A stretch of DNA of 64,000 nucleotides, taken from an uncultured Candidatus Saccharibacteria bacterium. GTDB lineage: Bacteria; Patescibacteriota; Minisyncoccia; Phycocordibacterales; Zambryskibacteraceae. The stretch's first letter is position 1; every line of letters starts with the position of its first letter. The DNA is taken from the NCBI GenBank assembly GCA_964355645.1, contig CAYHDI010000002.1, forward strand, positions 92,522-156,521, written 5' to 3'. The notes under the pieces were generated by a model that saw only the letters and a program-made list of their open reading frames with translations, was not told the origin of the DNA and did not search any database. The translations under genes were made by a program, and so were the position numbers. This document shows positions 8,871-18,642 of this stretch, one piece after another.

Positions 8871-10301
8871 CTATTTTGAGGTTAAAACAGGTCCATTTTC
8901 AGTATCTTTTAGTGTGTAGCCTTTATCTTCTATTTGTTTTCTAAGTTCATCTGACTTAGAAAAGTCCTTGTTTTGGCGAGCTATTTCACGTTCATCCACA
9001 AGTGCTTGGACATTATCAGGTATATAAATTATCTTTTCTGGTTCATCAAGTCTAAGACCTAAAACTCTATCAAAATCAAGGAGAGTAAACCGTTTTGTAG
9101 CCACATCAACATTGCTATCTTTCAATAAATTCCAAACAACGGCCAGGGCTTCGGGCGTATTAAAATCATTTTCAATGGCTTCTTTGAATTCTTTTTTGAA
9201 TTCAATTGACACCTCACCCCAGCCCCTCTCCTTGTCAAGGAGAGGGGTCGACTCGTGGGCGACGAGCGAGGGTGAGGTGAATTCTTTTAATTTTTTATAT
9301 GCATTTTGCGAAGCCTGCAATCCTTCCCAAGTAAAGTTAGTTGGAGTTCGATAATGTGAGCCGAGCAGAAAATATCGATAGGCTAGGGGAGAGAAGCCTT
9401 TTTCTTCAAGAGTTTTAAGAGTAATGAAATTATTTTCTGATTTAGCCATTTTCGTATCAGACATATTCACAAATCCATTGTGTAACCAATAGTGGGCGAA
9501 TTTTCCACCACAAGCGTTTTCGGATTGAACGATTTCGTTGTTGTGATGAATGGGAGCGAGATCTATTCCTCCCGTATGAATATCAAACGTATTACCCAAA
9601 TATTTTGTACTCATGGCTGAACATTCAATGTGCCAACCGGGGAAGCCTTGTCCCCAAGGACTTGGATAACCGAGATTAGAATTAAATTTCCACAAGGCAA
9701 AATCTTTTGAATTTCTTTTTTCTGAATTCAAGCCAATTCTTGAGGTCGCCTCCTCTGATTCTCCAATCCCTCCCAACTTTCCATAGTTCTCAACTTTTGA
9801 AATATCAAAATAAATTCCATCAGTGGTTTTGTAAGTTAAATCTTTTGTCTCCAAGATTTTAATCATTTCAATATCTTCAACAATATGCTCCGAAGCCCTG
9901 GGCAGAACATCGGGCGTTTTAATATTTAATTTAGTGATATCTTCCTTGAATCTTTCAGTATAAAAATTAGTTAGCTCCTTCATGGAATCAAGAGAAATCT
10001 CCTTACCTTCGCGTTTCAAGCCTTTTATGATTTTGTCTTCTCCCTCGTCGTTATTTCCTCCGACTCCTATATCCGTAATGTTCATCACTTGCTTCACTTT
10101 ATAGTTCTCATATTCAAATACTCGACGGATTATATCCGCTGTGAAGAATGCCCGAAGATTTCCGATGTGCACAAAATCATAAACCGTGGGCCCGCAATGA
10201 TACATACTCACTTCGCCATCTTTAATAGGCTTAAATTCTTCAATCCTATTTCCAAGAGTGTTGTGAAGCCTAATCATTTTCTGGCCATGAATCCTATCCA
10301 A
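8871..10301 (-). CDS. cysS: Cysteine--tRNA ligase. Likely start at MIRLHNTL, near 10277
   Basis: HIGH region YHCGPTVYDFVHIGNLR and KMSKS-like KMAKSENN. Confidence 0.9.
   Translation of the reverse strand: MDRIHGQKMIRLHNTLGNRIEEFKPIKDGEVSMYHCGPTVYDFVHIGNLRAFFTADIIRRVFEYENYKVKQVMNITDIGVGGNNDEGEDKIIKGLKREGKEISLDSMKELTNFYTERFKEDITKLNIKTPDVLPRASEHIVEDIEMIKILETKDLTYKTTDGIYFDISKVENYGKLGGIGESEEATSRIGLNSEKRNSKDFALWKFNSNLGYPSPWGQGFPGWHIECSAMSTKYLGNTFDIHTGGIDLAPIHHNNEIVQSENACGGKFAHYWLHNGFVNMSDTKMAKSENNFITLKTLEEKGFSPLAYRYFLLGSHYRTPTNFTWEGLQASQNAYKKLKEFTSPSLVAHESTPLLDKERGWGEVSIEFKKEFKEAIENDFNTPEALAVVWNLLKDSNVDVATKRFTLLDFDRVLGLRLDEPEKIIYIPDNVQALVDEREIARQNKDFSKSDELRKQIEDKGYTLKDTENGPVLTSK
9210..9279. repeat. 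70-bp GC-rich MITE-like palindromic element inserted in-frame within cysS
   Basis: 10-bp terminal inverted repeats cacctcaccc/gggtgaggtg enclose two internal hairpins (cccctctcc...ggagagggg and ctcgt...acgag). The element is GC-rich inside an AT-rich CDS. It encodes roughly 10 extra residues compared with the E. coli CysRS linker. Confidence 0.5.
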
Positions 10302-11059
10302 ATCGAAATTATGCCAACCAAAACTGAAGCGGTGATGAAAACAACGGTTAGAGTTTTCATTGACTCATTTTGTTTGGTAGAAAGCAGGGCGTTGTTAGTT
10401 TCTCGAAGTTCATGTACGGTTTCAAACAAAACATCGAGTTTAGCCTTTGACTTTTCGAATCTTTCCAATATTTCTGCTGAAAGAGTGCTGAATTTTGAAC
10501 CGAAAATTTTTCCTCCTTCTGTCCCCAAAGTTTTGAAAACATCCGGATAAATAGCTGTGATTTTTCTAAAATCAATCAAATGTCTCGAAGCTTCCGAAAG
10601 TTCCAGAATTGTTTGCTTCTCTTGACCATTAAACATTTTGTTCTCGACCTCTCTGACCCAATGATCAACCGAAGAAAGTTTGTGTTCAAAGTTTCCTAAA
10701 AGCTCTCCAAGGAGCCCGAAGAATATTCCGTTCTCGCTTTCATCAGTTGGTTTAAATTTTTCTAGGGCTTCTACTCGTTCATAGCGAGCGGTGATAATCA
10801 CATTCTTGGTCAAAATGAAATCAACTTCATAAGCAGCGTCTCCGTTCTTCGATTCACCGAGGGCGGGGAAATGCAGAACAATATAAGCATGATTTTTCCC
10901 AAATTCTACTTTGTGTTTAAGAGAGGGAGACAGAAGTTCTTCGATTGTTTGAGATTCAAGTCCCGAAACCTCTGCCACTTCTCTGACTTCAATTTTTGAT
11001 GGGGTTTCAAGATCAATCCAGGTGACTCCGGCATGATTGCGAATAGTTTTCATATCCAT
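10274..11059 (-). CDS. CorA-like divalent cation transporter family protein, atypical or truncated (single C-terminal TM, no GMN motif)
   Basis: A soluble N-terminal domain followed by one TM (TLTVVFITASVLVGIISIWIGFM) resembles CorA TM1. The ORF ends at the cysS start, and TM2 and GMN are absent. Confidence 0.4.
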   Translation of the reverse strand: MDMKTIRNHAGVTWIDLETPSKIEVREVAEVSGLESQTIEELLSPSLKHKVEFGKNHAYIVLHFPALGESKNGDAAYEVDFILTKNVIITARYERVEALEKFKPTDESENGIFFGLLGELLGNFEHKLSSVDHWVREVENKMFNGQEKQTILELSEASRHLIDFRKITAIYPDVFKTLGTEGGKIFGSKFSTLSAEILERFEKSKAKLDVLFETVHELRETNNALLSTKQNESMKTLTVVFITASVLVGIISIWIGFMARK

Positions 11060-12347
11060 AAGTATACATTCATTATTTCTGTTGACCAAGGTGGTCGGGG
11101 ATGCGATAATTGAAAGAATGGAATTTCTTAAAAAGCACGCTTCATTGACTGTTCTCGGTATTATTGTTCTCTCCGTTGTATATTTTCTGGGTTTTAATTC
11201 TGGCAAACAAAGTGCCTACACCTCACTTGCAACGATTGCCACTCTTGAGAACAAAACGACAGGAGAACCTTCCACGGTTGATTTTGGAATATTTTGGAAA
11301 ACATGGAATCTTTTGAATGAAAAATATGTGGCCACAGCGACTTCTTCGAAACCGATAAGTGATCAAGACAAAGTTTATGGTGCTATCCAAGGCCTCGTAT
11401 CTTCTTTCGGCGATCCTTACACCGTTTTCTTTCCTCCTGTTGAATCGAAAACGTTTGCTTCAGAAGTTCGAGGAAATTTCGAAGGGGTGGGCATGGAAGT
11501 TGGGCCCAAAGATGGAGCCCTGACGGTCATCGCCCCTCTTAAGGATAGTCCCGCTGAGAAAGCTGGAATTCTTCCGGGCGATAAAATAATTAAAATTGAT
11601 GACAAAAGTGCTTCAAATTTGTCTACTGAAAGCGCCGTACAATTAATCCGAGGTCCAAGCGGTACGGTGGTCACTCTGACGATAATTCGTTCGACCAAAA
11701 AACAAGCTTTTGATATAAAGATTACGCGCGGGATAATCAACATTCCAACCATTGCGACCAAGAATTTGGGGAACGGTATTTTCAAAATTGATTTATATAG
11801 TTTTACTGCCGATTCACCCAATCTTTTCAGGGGGGCGTTGCGTGAATTTGTTCAATCGGGTAATAATAAATTGATTCTCGATTTGCGAGGGAATCCCGGA
11901 GGATATCTTGAAGCGGCGATAGACATGGCCAGCTGGTTCCTGCCGAGTGGCAAGGTGGTAGTCAAGGAGAGCTTCGGTCCAAACAAGGATGAAACTATTT
12001 ATCGAAGCAAGGGCTACGATGTGTTTAACAATAATTTAAAATTTGCGATTTTGGTTGATAATGGTTCAGCCTCGGCTGCAGAAATTCTCGCCGGGGCTCT
12101 TTCGGAGCAAGGTAAGGCTTTCCTCGTTGGTCAAACAACATTCGGCAAGGGTTCGGTTCAAGAATTGGTTGATATCACATCTGATACCTCTCTCAAGGTT
12201 ACTATTGCTCGTTGGCTCACGCCGAATGGACTTTCAATTTCTAAACAAGGCATTACTCCGCAATACGTTGTTCAGAGAACTGAAGCGGATATGCTCGCGG
12301 GCAAAGACCCTCAACTCGACAAGGCGATTGAGATTTTGAATCAATGA
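11037..12347 (+). CDS. ctpA: Carboxyl-terminal processing protease (S41, CtpA-like). Likely start MEFLKK, near 11118
   Basis: PDZ domain (GDKIIKIDD), LRGNPGG, and catalytic TFGKGSVQ. Confidence 0.8.
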   Translation: MRIVFISISIHSLFLLTKVVGDAIIERMEFLKKHASLTVLGIIVLSVVYFLGFNSGKQSAYTSLATIATLENKTTGEPSTVDFGIFWKTWNLLNEKYVATATSSKPISDQDKVYGAIQGLVSSFGDPYTVFFPPVESKTFASEVRGNFEGVGMEVGPKDGALTVIAPLKDSPAEKAGILPGDKIIKIDDKSASNLSTESAVQLIRGPSGTVVTLTIIRSTKKQAFDIKITRGIINIPTIATKNLGNGIFKIDLYSFTADSPNLFRGALREFVQSGNNKLILDLRGNPGGYLEAAIDMASWFLPSGKVVVKESFGPNKDETIYRSKGYDVFNNNLKFAILVDNGSASAAEILAGALSEQGKAFLVGQTTFGKGSVQELVDITSDTSLKVTIARWLTPNGLSISKQGITPQYVVQRTEADMLAGKDPQLDKAIEILNQ

Positions 12348-12808
12348 AAGTTATTTTACTCAAAGATATCAAAGGGGTGGGAAAAAAGTTCGAAGAGAAA
12401 AATGTCTCGGATGGCTATGCGATGAATTTGCTTATTCCGAAGAAACTTGCCGTGCCCGCTTCGAATGCAGGGCAAGTGAAAACTTTGATTGAGAACAAAT
12501 TGGCCGAGGAAGCTTCGGCTCGAAAACATCTCGAAGAAAATATTCAGAAAATCAGTGGGACAGAAATCAAACTTAGTTTGAAGGCCAATGAAAAGAATCA
12601 CCTGTTCGCATCGTTGAATGCACAGAAACTTTCTGAGATTTTAAAGAAAGAAAGAAATATTGAAATTAGTCCCAATTTAATTGAACTCGAAACTCCTATC
12701 AAAGAAATCGGTACCTTCGAAATTCCAGTCAGGGTAGGGGACCCCGCAGGGCAAACCAACAGGGCAGGTAAGCAAGCAAAGTTTACGCTTGTGGTAGAAC
12801 CCAAGTAG
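12344..12808 (+). CDS. rplI: 50S ribosomal protein L9
   Basis: [32 protein letters not shown]. Confidence 0.85.
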   Translation: MKVILLKDIKGVGKKFEEKNVSDGYAMNLLIPKKLAVPASNAGQVKTLIENKLAEEASARKHLEENIQKISGTEIKLSLKANEKNHLFASLNAQKLSEILKKERNIEISPNLIELETPIKEIGTFEIPVRVGDPAGQTNRAGKQAKFTLVVEPK

Positions 12809-12822
12809 CAGAGCAAAGCTCG

Positions 12823-13101
12823 CTACTGGGCCACGACGTGCATAATCTTCTTCAACACGACCGTATTGTCGAAATGAACTTTTCTCTTATAACCAAGTTT
12901 AACTAGACCATCTATAAGAGCGAAAAGGGTGTGATCCTTGCCCATACCTACATTCTTGCCCGGCATGACGTCAGTGCCTCTCTGGCGAACCAAAACGGCT
13001 CCAGAACGAGCGAAAGAGCCGGGTGCAAGCTTCATACCCAAATACTTTGGGTTAGAATCTCGACCGTTTTTTGTTGTTCCTGCGGATTTCTTATGTGCCA
13101 T
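12823..13101 (-). CDS. rpmA: 50S ribosomal protein L27 (start MAHKKSAG)
   Basis: [24 protein letters not shown]... Confidence 0.85.
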   Translation of the reverse strand: MAHKKSAGTTKNGRDSNPKYLGMKLAPGSFARSGAVLVRQRGTDVMPGKNVGMGKDHTLFALIDGLVKLGYKRKVHFDNTVVLKKIMHVVAQ

Positions 13102-13121
13102 AGTGTTATATAATTGACCGA

Positions 13122-13505
13122 ATGAGTTTAACAGAAACCGTAGATTTTGACAAGGAGGGCAATGTAATTCGTTTTTCACCGATTAAGCGATTCTTTCTCA
13201 TTCTAGTCATTATCCTTGTGGCCTTATTCGCCTTCGGAATTGGAAGATTGAGCCGGACAGGGGATAGAGAGCCTATCAAAATTGAATATGACCAAGGTTT
13301 AAGCCAAGTCTCCGGAATATCTCAAACAGCCTCGGTGATTAATTCTATTCCTGCCGGAGGTGTATTCGCCTCGAGTAAGGGCAAGAAATATTATTATCCC
13401 GGTTGTTCAAATACTATTTCAGAGGCCAACAAAATAACTTTTTCAACTTCAAAAGACGCCGAATCAGCCGGTTTTACTCTGGCTTCAAATTGTCATCCAA
13501 AATAG
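13122..13505 (+). CDS. Membrane-anchored small protein with a degenerate Ada-like metal-binding domain
   Basis: N-terminal TM helix. C-terminal YYYPGCSN...[20 protein letters not shown] aligns to the Ada N-terminal IFCRPSC...FYANASEALAAGFRPCKRCQP, but only two Cys are retained. Confidence 0.35.
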   Translation: MSLTETVDFDKEGNVIRFSPIKRFFLILVIILVALFAFGIGRLSRTGDREPIKIEYDQGLSQVSGISQTASVINSIPAGGVFASSKGKKYYYPGCSNTISEANKITFSTSKDAESAGFTLASNCHPK

Positions 13506-13723
13506 GCGAAAAGTTATCCACAGCCTTTGATTAATATATGGCTTTGTAGAGCCACAATTAGACCATAAATTCGGTTAAAATGCTTGACTTTCTTGACGAA
13601 AGGTGATAAGCTAGTAGGGAATCAGCAAGGGCTGATTTTTCGTTTAGTGAGAGGTGACGGATACGGCATCTAAAGTTAAAAGTTTATCCCATTGTTATTT
13701 TACAGCTTACGACCCTTAGTCTC

Positions 13724-14200
13724 TTGTTCAGTCTTTCGTCTGCGTCTGCCGCTGTCGTCCCTGCAATAGTCGTTGGCCCACAGGTCACCTATAGCGAGGT
13801 TCCAAAAATGGAGATAGCCCAGCCCGCAGCTCCCAAAGAAGTGAAATCAGTAGACTATGCGCCGATTACCGATTCCAAGAATGTAAAGGAATTCGTGGCA
13901 GATTATTTTGCCGATACTCCTATACTCGTGACCATTGCTGGATGTGAATCCAAATATCGTCAGTATGATTCAAAGGGCAATTTGCTAAGAGGGGAGAAAA
14001 ACCGCTACGACGTCGGAGTGATGCAGATCAATGAACTGTATCATGATGATGACGCAGTGGCTCTAGGGTACAACATTCATACTATCGACGGAAATGTGGC
14101 TTTTGCCAAGCATCTGTACGAGAAGTATGGTGCGAAGCCCTGGTTCTCTTCTTCAGCATGTTGGGCCAAATTTAGCGGTTCGGAAATCGCCAGGAAGTAA
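13724..14200 (+). CDS. Lytic transglycosylase (SLT/GEWL-like) domain protein, TTG start
   Basis: AGCESKYRQ...DVGVMQIN matches the SLT catalytic Glu-Ser and GLMQ motifs. Confidence 0.5.
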   Translation: MFSLSSASAAVVPAIVVGPQVTYSEVPKMEIAQPAAPKEVKSVDYAPITDSKNVKEFVADYFADTPILVTIAGCESKYRQYDSKGNLLRGEKNRYDVGVMQINELYHDDDAVALGYNIHTIDGNVAFAKHLYEKYGAKPWFSSSACWAKFSGSEIARK

Positions 14201-14217
14201 TCTCCTTATCTCGATTA

Positions 14218-14255
14218 CCAAAAACTCCACCGAGCAATCGTGTGGAGTTTTTGTT
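14218..14255 (+). terminator. Rho-independent terminator
   Basis: aaaactccac...gtggagtttttg. Confidence 0.6.
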
Positions 14256-14399
14256 TGTCCTATTTATAGTTGTTTGCCTGAAGGGGAGTAAGAGCTTCTA
14301 GAAATAGATACGTGTCGCACAATATATCTTTTACACCATATACCTATATCAAACCACTTCCCTATAACCACTAAAATTTTAAATTCAAACGAGCCTCTA

Positions 14400-14603
14400 A
14401 GAGGGTAAAATCCCCTCGGTGATGGACCTACATGAGACTGTGGTGAATGTGTACAGAACTAGTATGGAGGTTCCCCGACAGCTCCATATTGACGAGACGG
14501 GAGATGGCAGGTCGACCATCGCATATGTTTGAAAAACCGTCCTCACTCACCATTTCCAAAGGTTGTCCGAGCCCCCCACCCCGTCATGCGGGGTGTTTTC
14601 TTT
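14400..14603 (+). ncRNA. Candidate small RNA or sORF transcript ending in a strong intrinsic terminator (14577-14603)
   Basis: GC-richer structured segment inside a 530-bp ORF-free gap. It carries competing hairpins (cctct/gaggg and gagggtaaaatcccctc) and a terminal hairpin caccccg-tcatg-cggggtg followed by TTTTCTTT. A possible 36-aa ORF starts at 14432. Confidence 0.25.
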
Positions 14604-14732
14604 AATCCAAAAGAGTTTCCCACCATTTGAAGGTGAAATGCATAAAGACATAAATCGGCCCGTAGATTGGGAGCAGAAGGAAAAAAATGATAGTTTTCAG
14701 AATCTTCATATGGCTCAATTTAACAAATTAAA

Positions 14733-15020
14733 CTAGCGAATACCAGACGCAGCGTTCTGTTGTCCCCACTGAAGAAAAGATTGAAAATTATTCCAAATAA
14801 CACCAACGAGCGGGAAGAAAATTTGGTTCTGAATAAAGATTATTGGAGGACCGATGATAGACCAAATTGAACCGAGAACTTGTTGAGTATAAGTGATGGT
14901 GCTTTGACCTTGAGGAGTGTTGGCCGCTTCAAAAACAGAAAAATTATACAAATATTTAAGAACAATAAGCGCAATAATGATTAAAACAACTAATCCAATA
15001 AATCCACGTTGTGTTTTCAT
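14733..15020 (-). CDS. Small membrane protein, hypothetical
   Basis: Hydrophobic N-terminal helix. Last gene of the gltX-M23 operon. Confidence 0.4.
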   Translation of the reverse strand: MKTQRGFIGLVVLIIIALIVLKYLYNFSVFEAANTPQGQSTITYTQQVLGSIWSIIGPPIIFIQNQIFFPLVGVIWNNFQSFLQWGQQNAASGIR

Positions 15021-15030
15021 TAATTTAATT

Positions 15031-16326
15031 TTAGTTCAATGAGGGCAAGTAAGCAAGTGGGTCAAGATAAGCCCGTGGAGGAGCAGCTACTGTCTTGATA
15101 CCCGAACAATTCGACTTGGCACTCAGGGTACCCGCGTCTACGATTCGAATACCCGCAGTGACGTATAATCCCAGATGCAAATGTGGCCCCGTCGAATAGC
15201 CTGTAGCTCCACTGTAACCAATGATTTGTCCGGTTTGAACACTTTGCCCCGGACTGACCAAAACGGATGAAAGGTGTCCATAAATTGTCGACATCCCGTT
15301 TGGATGCTTAATCAAAACCCATTTGCCGTACTGACATCCCGATTTAATTCTAAATGCTTCTGCATCAGTCACAGAACCAGAAAGTGAAGCGAATACTGGT
15401 GTGCCGATGCTTGCTCTCAAATCAATTCCTCCGTGTGAGCCAGAGACATACAATCTCTTCGCATCAACTGTCGCTCCGAAATATTGAGTAATCGAAATAT
15501 TTGAAAGTGGCCATGAGAGTATGCCCTTTTTTTGATTAGGAATACTTGATGGGTCGATGGTGATTTTCAATCGAGATTCATAATTAAACAAATCTGCTTC
15601 AAACTTCTTCTCTTGAGCAATGTTGTCAGCCAACATTTTTTGGTAAAGGGTTTCTTGACCTTTGGTTTGGGCTAAGAGTTTGTTTTTGTCTGCTTGAGCT
15701 ACCTCGACCGCAGTTTTTTGTCCTCCGAGTTCAGTTTTTAATCCCACTAATTGTTCCTTAGTCTTTTCTTTCTCTACTTTCTTTTGGTTCAAAACTTTTT
15801 GAGCATTCTGGAGCAGAGAAATTTCATTGATTAATTTACTTTGTAGATTAGCAAGAGATACCCTGTCCGTCCAAACTTCATTCAAATCCTTGTTATTTAG
15901 AATATCCATAACCAAGGAATTCGAATCGTAGGAAGACAATTGCTGAATTGCCGTAGAAATGGCTTTCTCATGTGTCAAAACCTGATTTTGCTTTTCGTTT
16001 ACTGAACTTTGAATAGTTTGAATGTTCAAATTGGCCAAAGTGATTTTTGATTGTGTCACTTTGATATCATTAGCCAACTTTGTTTTTGATGCATTCAAAG
16101 CATTGATGTTGCTCTGGAGAGTGTTTTTGTTCTTGCCAATAGCATCCAATTCAGTTTGGAGTTTTTGTTGTTGGATAAGCAATGCATCGAGTTGTTTTTG
16201 TGTCTCAGCTTTCCCTTGCAAAAGTTCGCTGACCGTATCGGCCAAAACAGAAGTAGGAAGTAAGAAGTAGGAAGTAAACCCGAGTAGAAACGCACTTATT
16301 AAAAAAATAGAAAAAACTTTTTTCAT
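15031..16326 (-). CDS. M23 family peptidoglycan metalloendopeptidase with an N-terminal coiled coil (EnvC-like)
   Basis: GIDLRASIGTPVFASLSG and HLHLG motifs. Signal peptide present. Confidence 0.8.
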   Translation of the reverse strand: MKKVFSIFLISAFLLGFTSYFLLPTSVLADTVSELLQGKAETQKQLDALLIQQQKLQTELDAIGKNKNTLQSNINALNASKTKLANDIKVTQSKITLANLNIQTIQSSVNEKQNQVLTHEKAISTAIQQLSSYDSNSLVMDILNNKDLNEVWTDRVSLANLQSKLINEISLLQNAQKVLNQKKVEKEKTKEQLVGLKTELGGQKTAVEVAQADKNKLLAQTKGQETLYQKMLADNIAQEKKFEADLFNYESRLKITIDPSSIPNQKKGILSWPLSNISITQYFGATVDAKRLYVSGSHGGIDLRASIGTPVFASLSGSVTDAEAFRIKSGCQYGKWVLIKHPNGMSTIYGHLSSVLVSPGQSVQTGQIIGYSGATGYSTGPHLHLGLYVTAGIRIVDAGTLSAKSNCSGIKTVAAPPRAYLDPLAYLPSLN

Positions 16327-16332
16327 TTTAAA

Positions 16333-17508
16333 TTACAAAAGTTCAATGGCTTTTCTCACTCTTTTCTCTGATTCATCCCGGCCAAGAATTTTGAGCAGAG
16401 TGAAAGGGTCTGGGGACTTCTCTTTGCCTGAAAGAACATAGCGAAGGGGCCAGAGGACACTCCCCTTCCCTACAAGATTTGCATAAGACATAATCGCTTC
16501 AGAATCATCAAGACAATCAACAATTTTTAACAAATGTTTTTTGGCCTCAACGGCATTAGAATCTTTCCAAGGAATTTTCTCTACTTCAAGCACTGGAGTA
16601 CTTGTATCGAAATCCTTGGCAACTCTATTTAATTGCTCTTCTGGAGAAAGAAGCTTGATGTGTTCTTTGTTGAACCAATTAAGTTTCTCAATATTAAATA
16701 CTGCGCCAGCCTTGTTCACACGATTGAGATCAAACACTTCAACTAATTCCTTCAAGGTATACAGTTCCCTCTCTCCTCCAGGATTAAACCCTAGAAGACC
16801 AAGAAAATTTACCATTGCTTCAGGTAAATAATCCTGATTGCGAAAATCACGAAGAGATGTCGCACCATGTCTAGCAGACATTTTGGATTTGTCTGGAGCC
16901 AATATAAGAGGAACATGCGCATAAATTGGTCTTTCAGCACCGATGGCTTCTTGGATAAGAATTTGTCTGGGCGTATTAGAAATCCCATCATCTCCTCGGA
17001 TAATATGAGTAATACCCATTTCAAAATCATCAACCACAACAGTCAAATGATAAAGAGGATCATTGACATTTCGAGCAATGACGAAATCCTTGAGCTCTGT
17101 TGTATCAAAAGTTATATCTCCATGAATCAAATCAGAAAAAATAATTATTTTGTTTGGGTTTTTAAATCTAATCACATCTTTGTTCGCCCCCTCGGTTTCC
17201 TTTGAAATGTAAGCCTTCCCTTCAGAGAGCAGTTTTTCTATATATTTTTTATAAATTTCTCCACGTTCGGATTGTCTAAATGGTCCGTGGTCGTAAGTTA
17301 TTCCTAGCCAAGCAAGTGATGAAATAATATCCTCTTCGTATTCTTTTTTTGAGCGTTCTTTGTCAGTGTCTTCAATACGAAAAACAATTTCGCCTCTATG
17401 TTTTTTGGCATACAGGTAATTAAAAAGTGCAGTTCGTGCTCGCCCAATATGAAAATACCCAGTGGGTGAAGGTGGAATTCTAACAACAATTTTATTTTTC
17501 GATTTCAT
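16333..17508 (-). CDS. gltX: Glutamate--tRNA ligase (short form, 391 aa)
   Basis: PTGYFHIGRARTA (HIGH-like) and KSKMSARHG (KMSKS-like). Confidence 0.75.
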   Translation of the reverse strand: MKSKNKIVVRIPPSPTGYFHIGRARTALFNYLYAKKHRGEIVFRIEDTDKERSKKEYEEDIISSLAWLGITYDHGPFRQSERGEIYKKYIEKLLSEGKAYISKETEGANKDVIRFKNPNKIIIFSDLIHGDITFDTTELKDFVIARNVNDPLYHLTVVVDDFEMGITHIIRGDDGISNTPRQILIQEAIGAERPIYAHVPLILAPDKSKMSARHGATSLRDFRNQDYLPEAMVNFLGLLGFNPGGERELYTLKELVEVFDLNRVNKAGAVFNIEKLNWFNKEHIKLLSPEEQLNRVAKDFDTSTPVLEVEKIPWKDSNAVEAKKHLLKIVDCLDDSEAIMSYANLVGKGSVLWPLRYVLSGKEKSPDPFTLLKILGRDESEKRVRKAIELL

Positions 17509-18634
17509 GCGATAGGGCGATTTTTAGGATTTCCTCGGCCACCATTCTGGCTGCGTCGGGTTTGTAGAAGGCTTTGGCTGCGGTAATCATCTTGCCTCGT
17601 TCAGGCAAATTATTCACCAAACGATCAATTTCTGCCCCGAGAATATTGGCGGTTAAATTCGATTGTTCTATCACTTCGCAAGCTCCAGCCCGGGCATAAG
17701 CGAAAGCATTTGAACGTTGATCATGACTCGTGGGTTCAGGGATAGGCACGATAATTGATGGAAGCCCCCAGGCAGCGATTTCAAAAATGGTTGAACCGGC
17801 TCTCGAGATAACGACCGAAGCTACTCCGGCGGACATCCTCATGGCCAGGGCGTTTAAATAATCAAATGGTTTGTATCTGTCCTTGTGTTCAGATTTATAA
17901 AGTACCGCGTCAGCGGTTGCTTTGGCCTCAACATACTTCTCTTTCCCAGTTTGATGAATGATGGCATACTTTTCAACCAACTTGGGCAAATCTTCAATCA
18001 AAATATTATTGATATGACCTGAGCCGAGTGAACCTCCGAGGACAAGTACAATGGGAATATTTTCTTCGATTTTTAAAAACTCTCGTGCTCCAGAGACAAT
18101 CGGGTCGGCAATATCCTTTCTCACGGGGTTTCCTGTATGAGCGATTCTATCTTGTCTATCCGCAGGGAAATACTTTGCTGCCTCTGGATAAGAAACAGCA
18201 ATTTTCTCCGCAAATTTTCCGGCCCATAAACTTACCCGTCCGGGGATACTATCCGATTCGTGGATGACGACGGGAATGTGAAGAAGCTTGGCCGCGAACA
18301 AGGCTGGGAAGCTCGCATACCCTCCTTTGCCAAAAACTACATCAGGATAAATCCTATAAATTTCATAAGTCGACACCAAAATACCAACGAAAGTTTTGAA
18401 CAAATCAAAGAAGTTTAAAATAGAAAAATAGCGTCGAAGCTTGCCTGCGGTATTTCTCTTATAAATTACATTGTTCTCGAAAAGCAGACCCGAGTTATAG
18501 GGGTTGGGGGACATATAATAAATTTCTGGCGCCAGGAGGTGTTTGTCTTTGACCAGCTGATTAAGTTCTTCAACTACAGCAATAATAGGATAAAAGTGTC
18601 CGCCAGTGCCTCCTCCAGTAAAAAGAATTCTCAT
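17492..18634 (-). CDS. murG: MurG N-acetylglucosaminyl transferase
   Basis: MRILFTGGGTGGHFYPIIAV plus the C-terminal GT28 domain. Confidence 0.85.
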   Translation of the reverse strand: MRILFTGGGTGGHFYPIIAVVEELNQLVKDKHLLAPEIYYMSPNPYNSGLLFENNVIYKRNTAGKLRRYFSILNFFDLFKTFVGILVSTYEIYRIYPDVVFGKGGYASFPALFAAKLLHIPVVIHESDSIPGRVSLWAGKFAEKIAVSYPEAAKYFPADRQDRIAHTGNPVRKDIADPIVSGAREFLKIEENIPIVLVLGGSLGSGHINNILIEDLPKLVEKYAIIHQTGKEKYVEAKATADAVLYKSEHKDRYKPFDYLNALAMRMSAGVASVVISRAGSTIFEIAAWGLPSIIVPIPEPTSHDQRSNAFAYARAGACEVIEQSNLTANILGAEIDRLVNNLPERGKMITAAKAFYKPDAARMVAEEILKIALSHEIEK

Positions 18635-18642
18635 TTTGTTTA

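Noticed and set aside
14400-14603. RNase P RNA or tmRNA assignment for the structured intergenic regions (14.4 kb and 49.8-50.1 kb).
   Set aside because: The P4 helix consensus (AGGAAAGUCCGGGCUCC / ACAGAAACGGCUUA), tmRNA T-arm and CCA-end motifs were not found. These regions are kept only as unclassified ncRNA candidates.
14596-14690. tRNA-like T-arm (CACC-TTCAAAT-GGTG) on the minus strand.
   Set aside because: No complementary acceptor stem or D and anticodon arms could be built around it.
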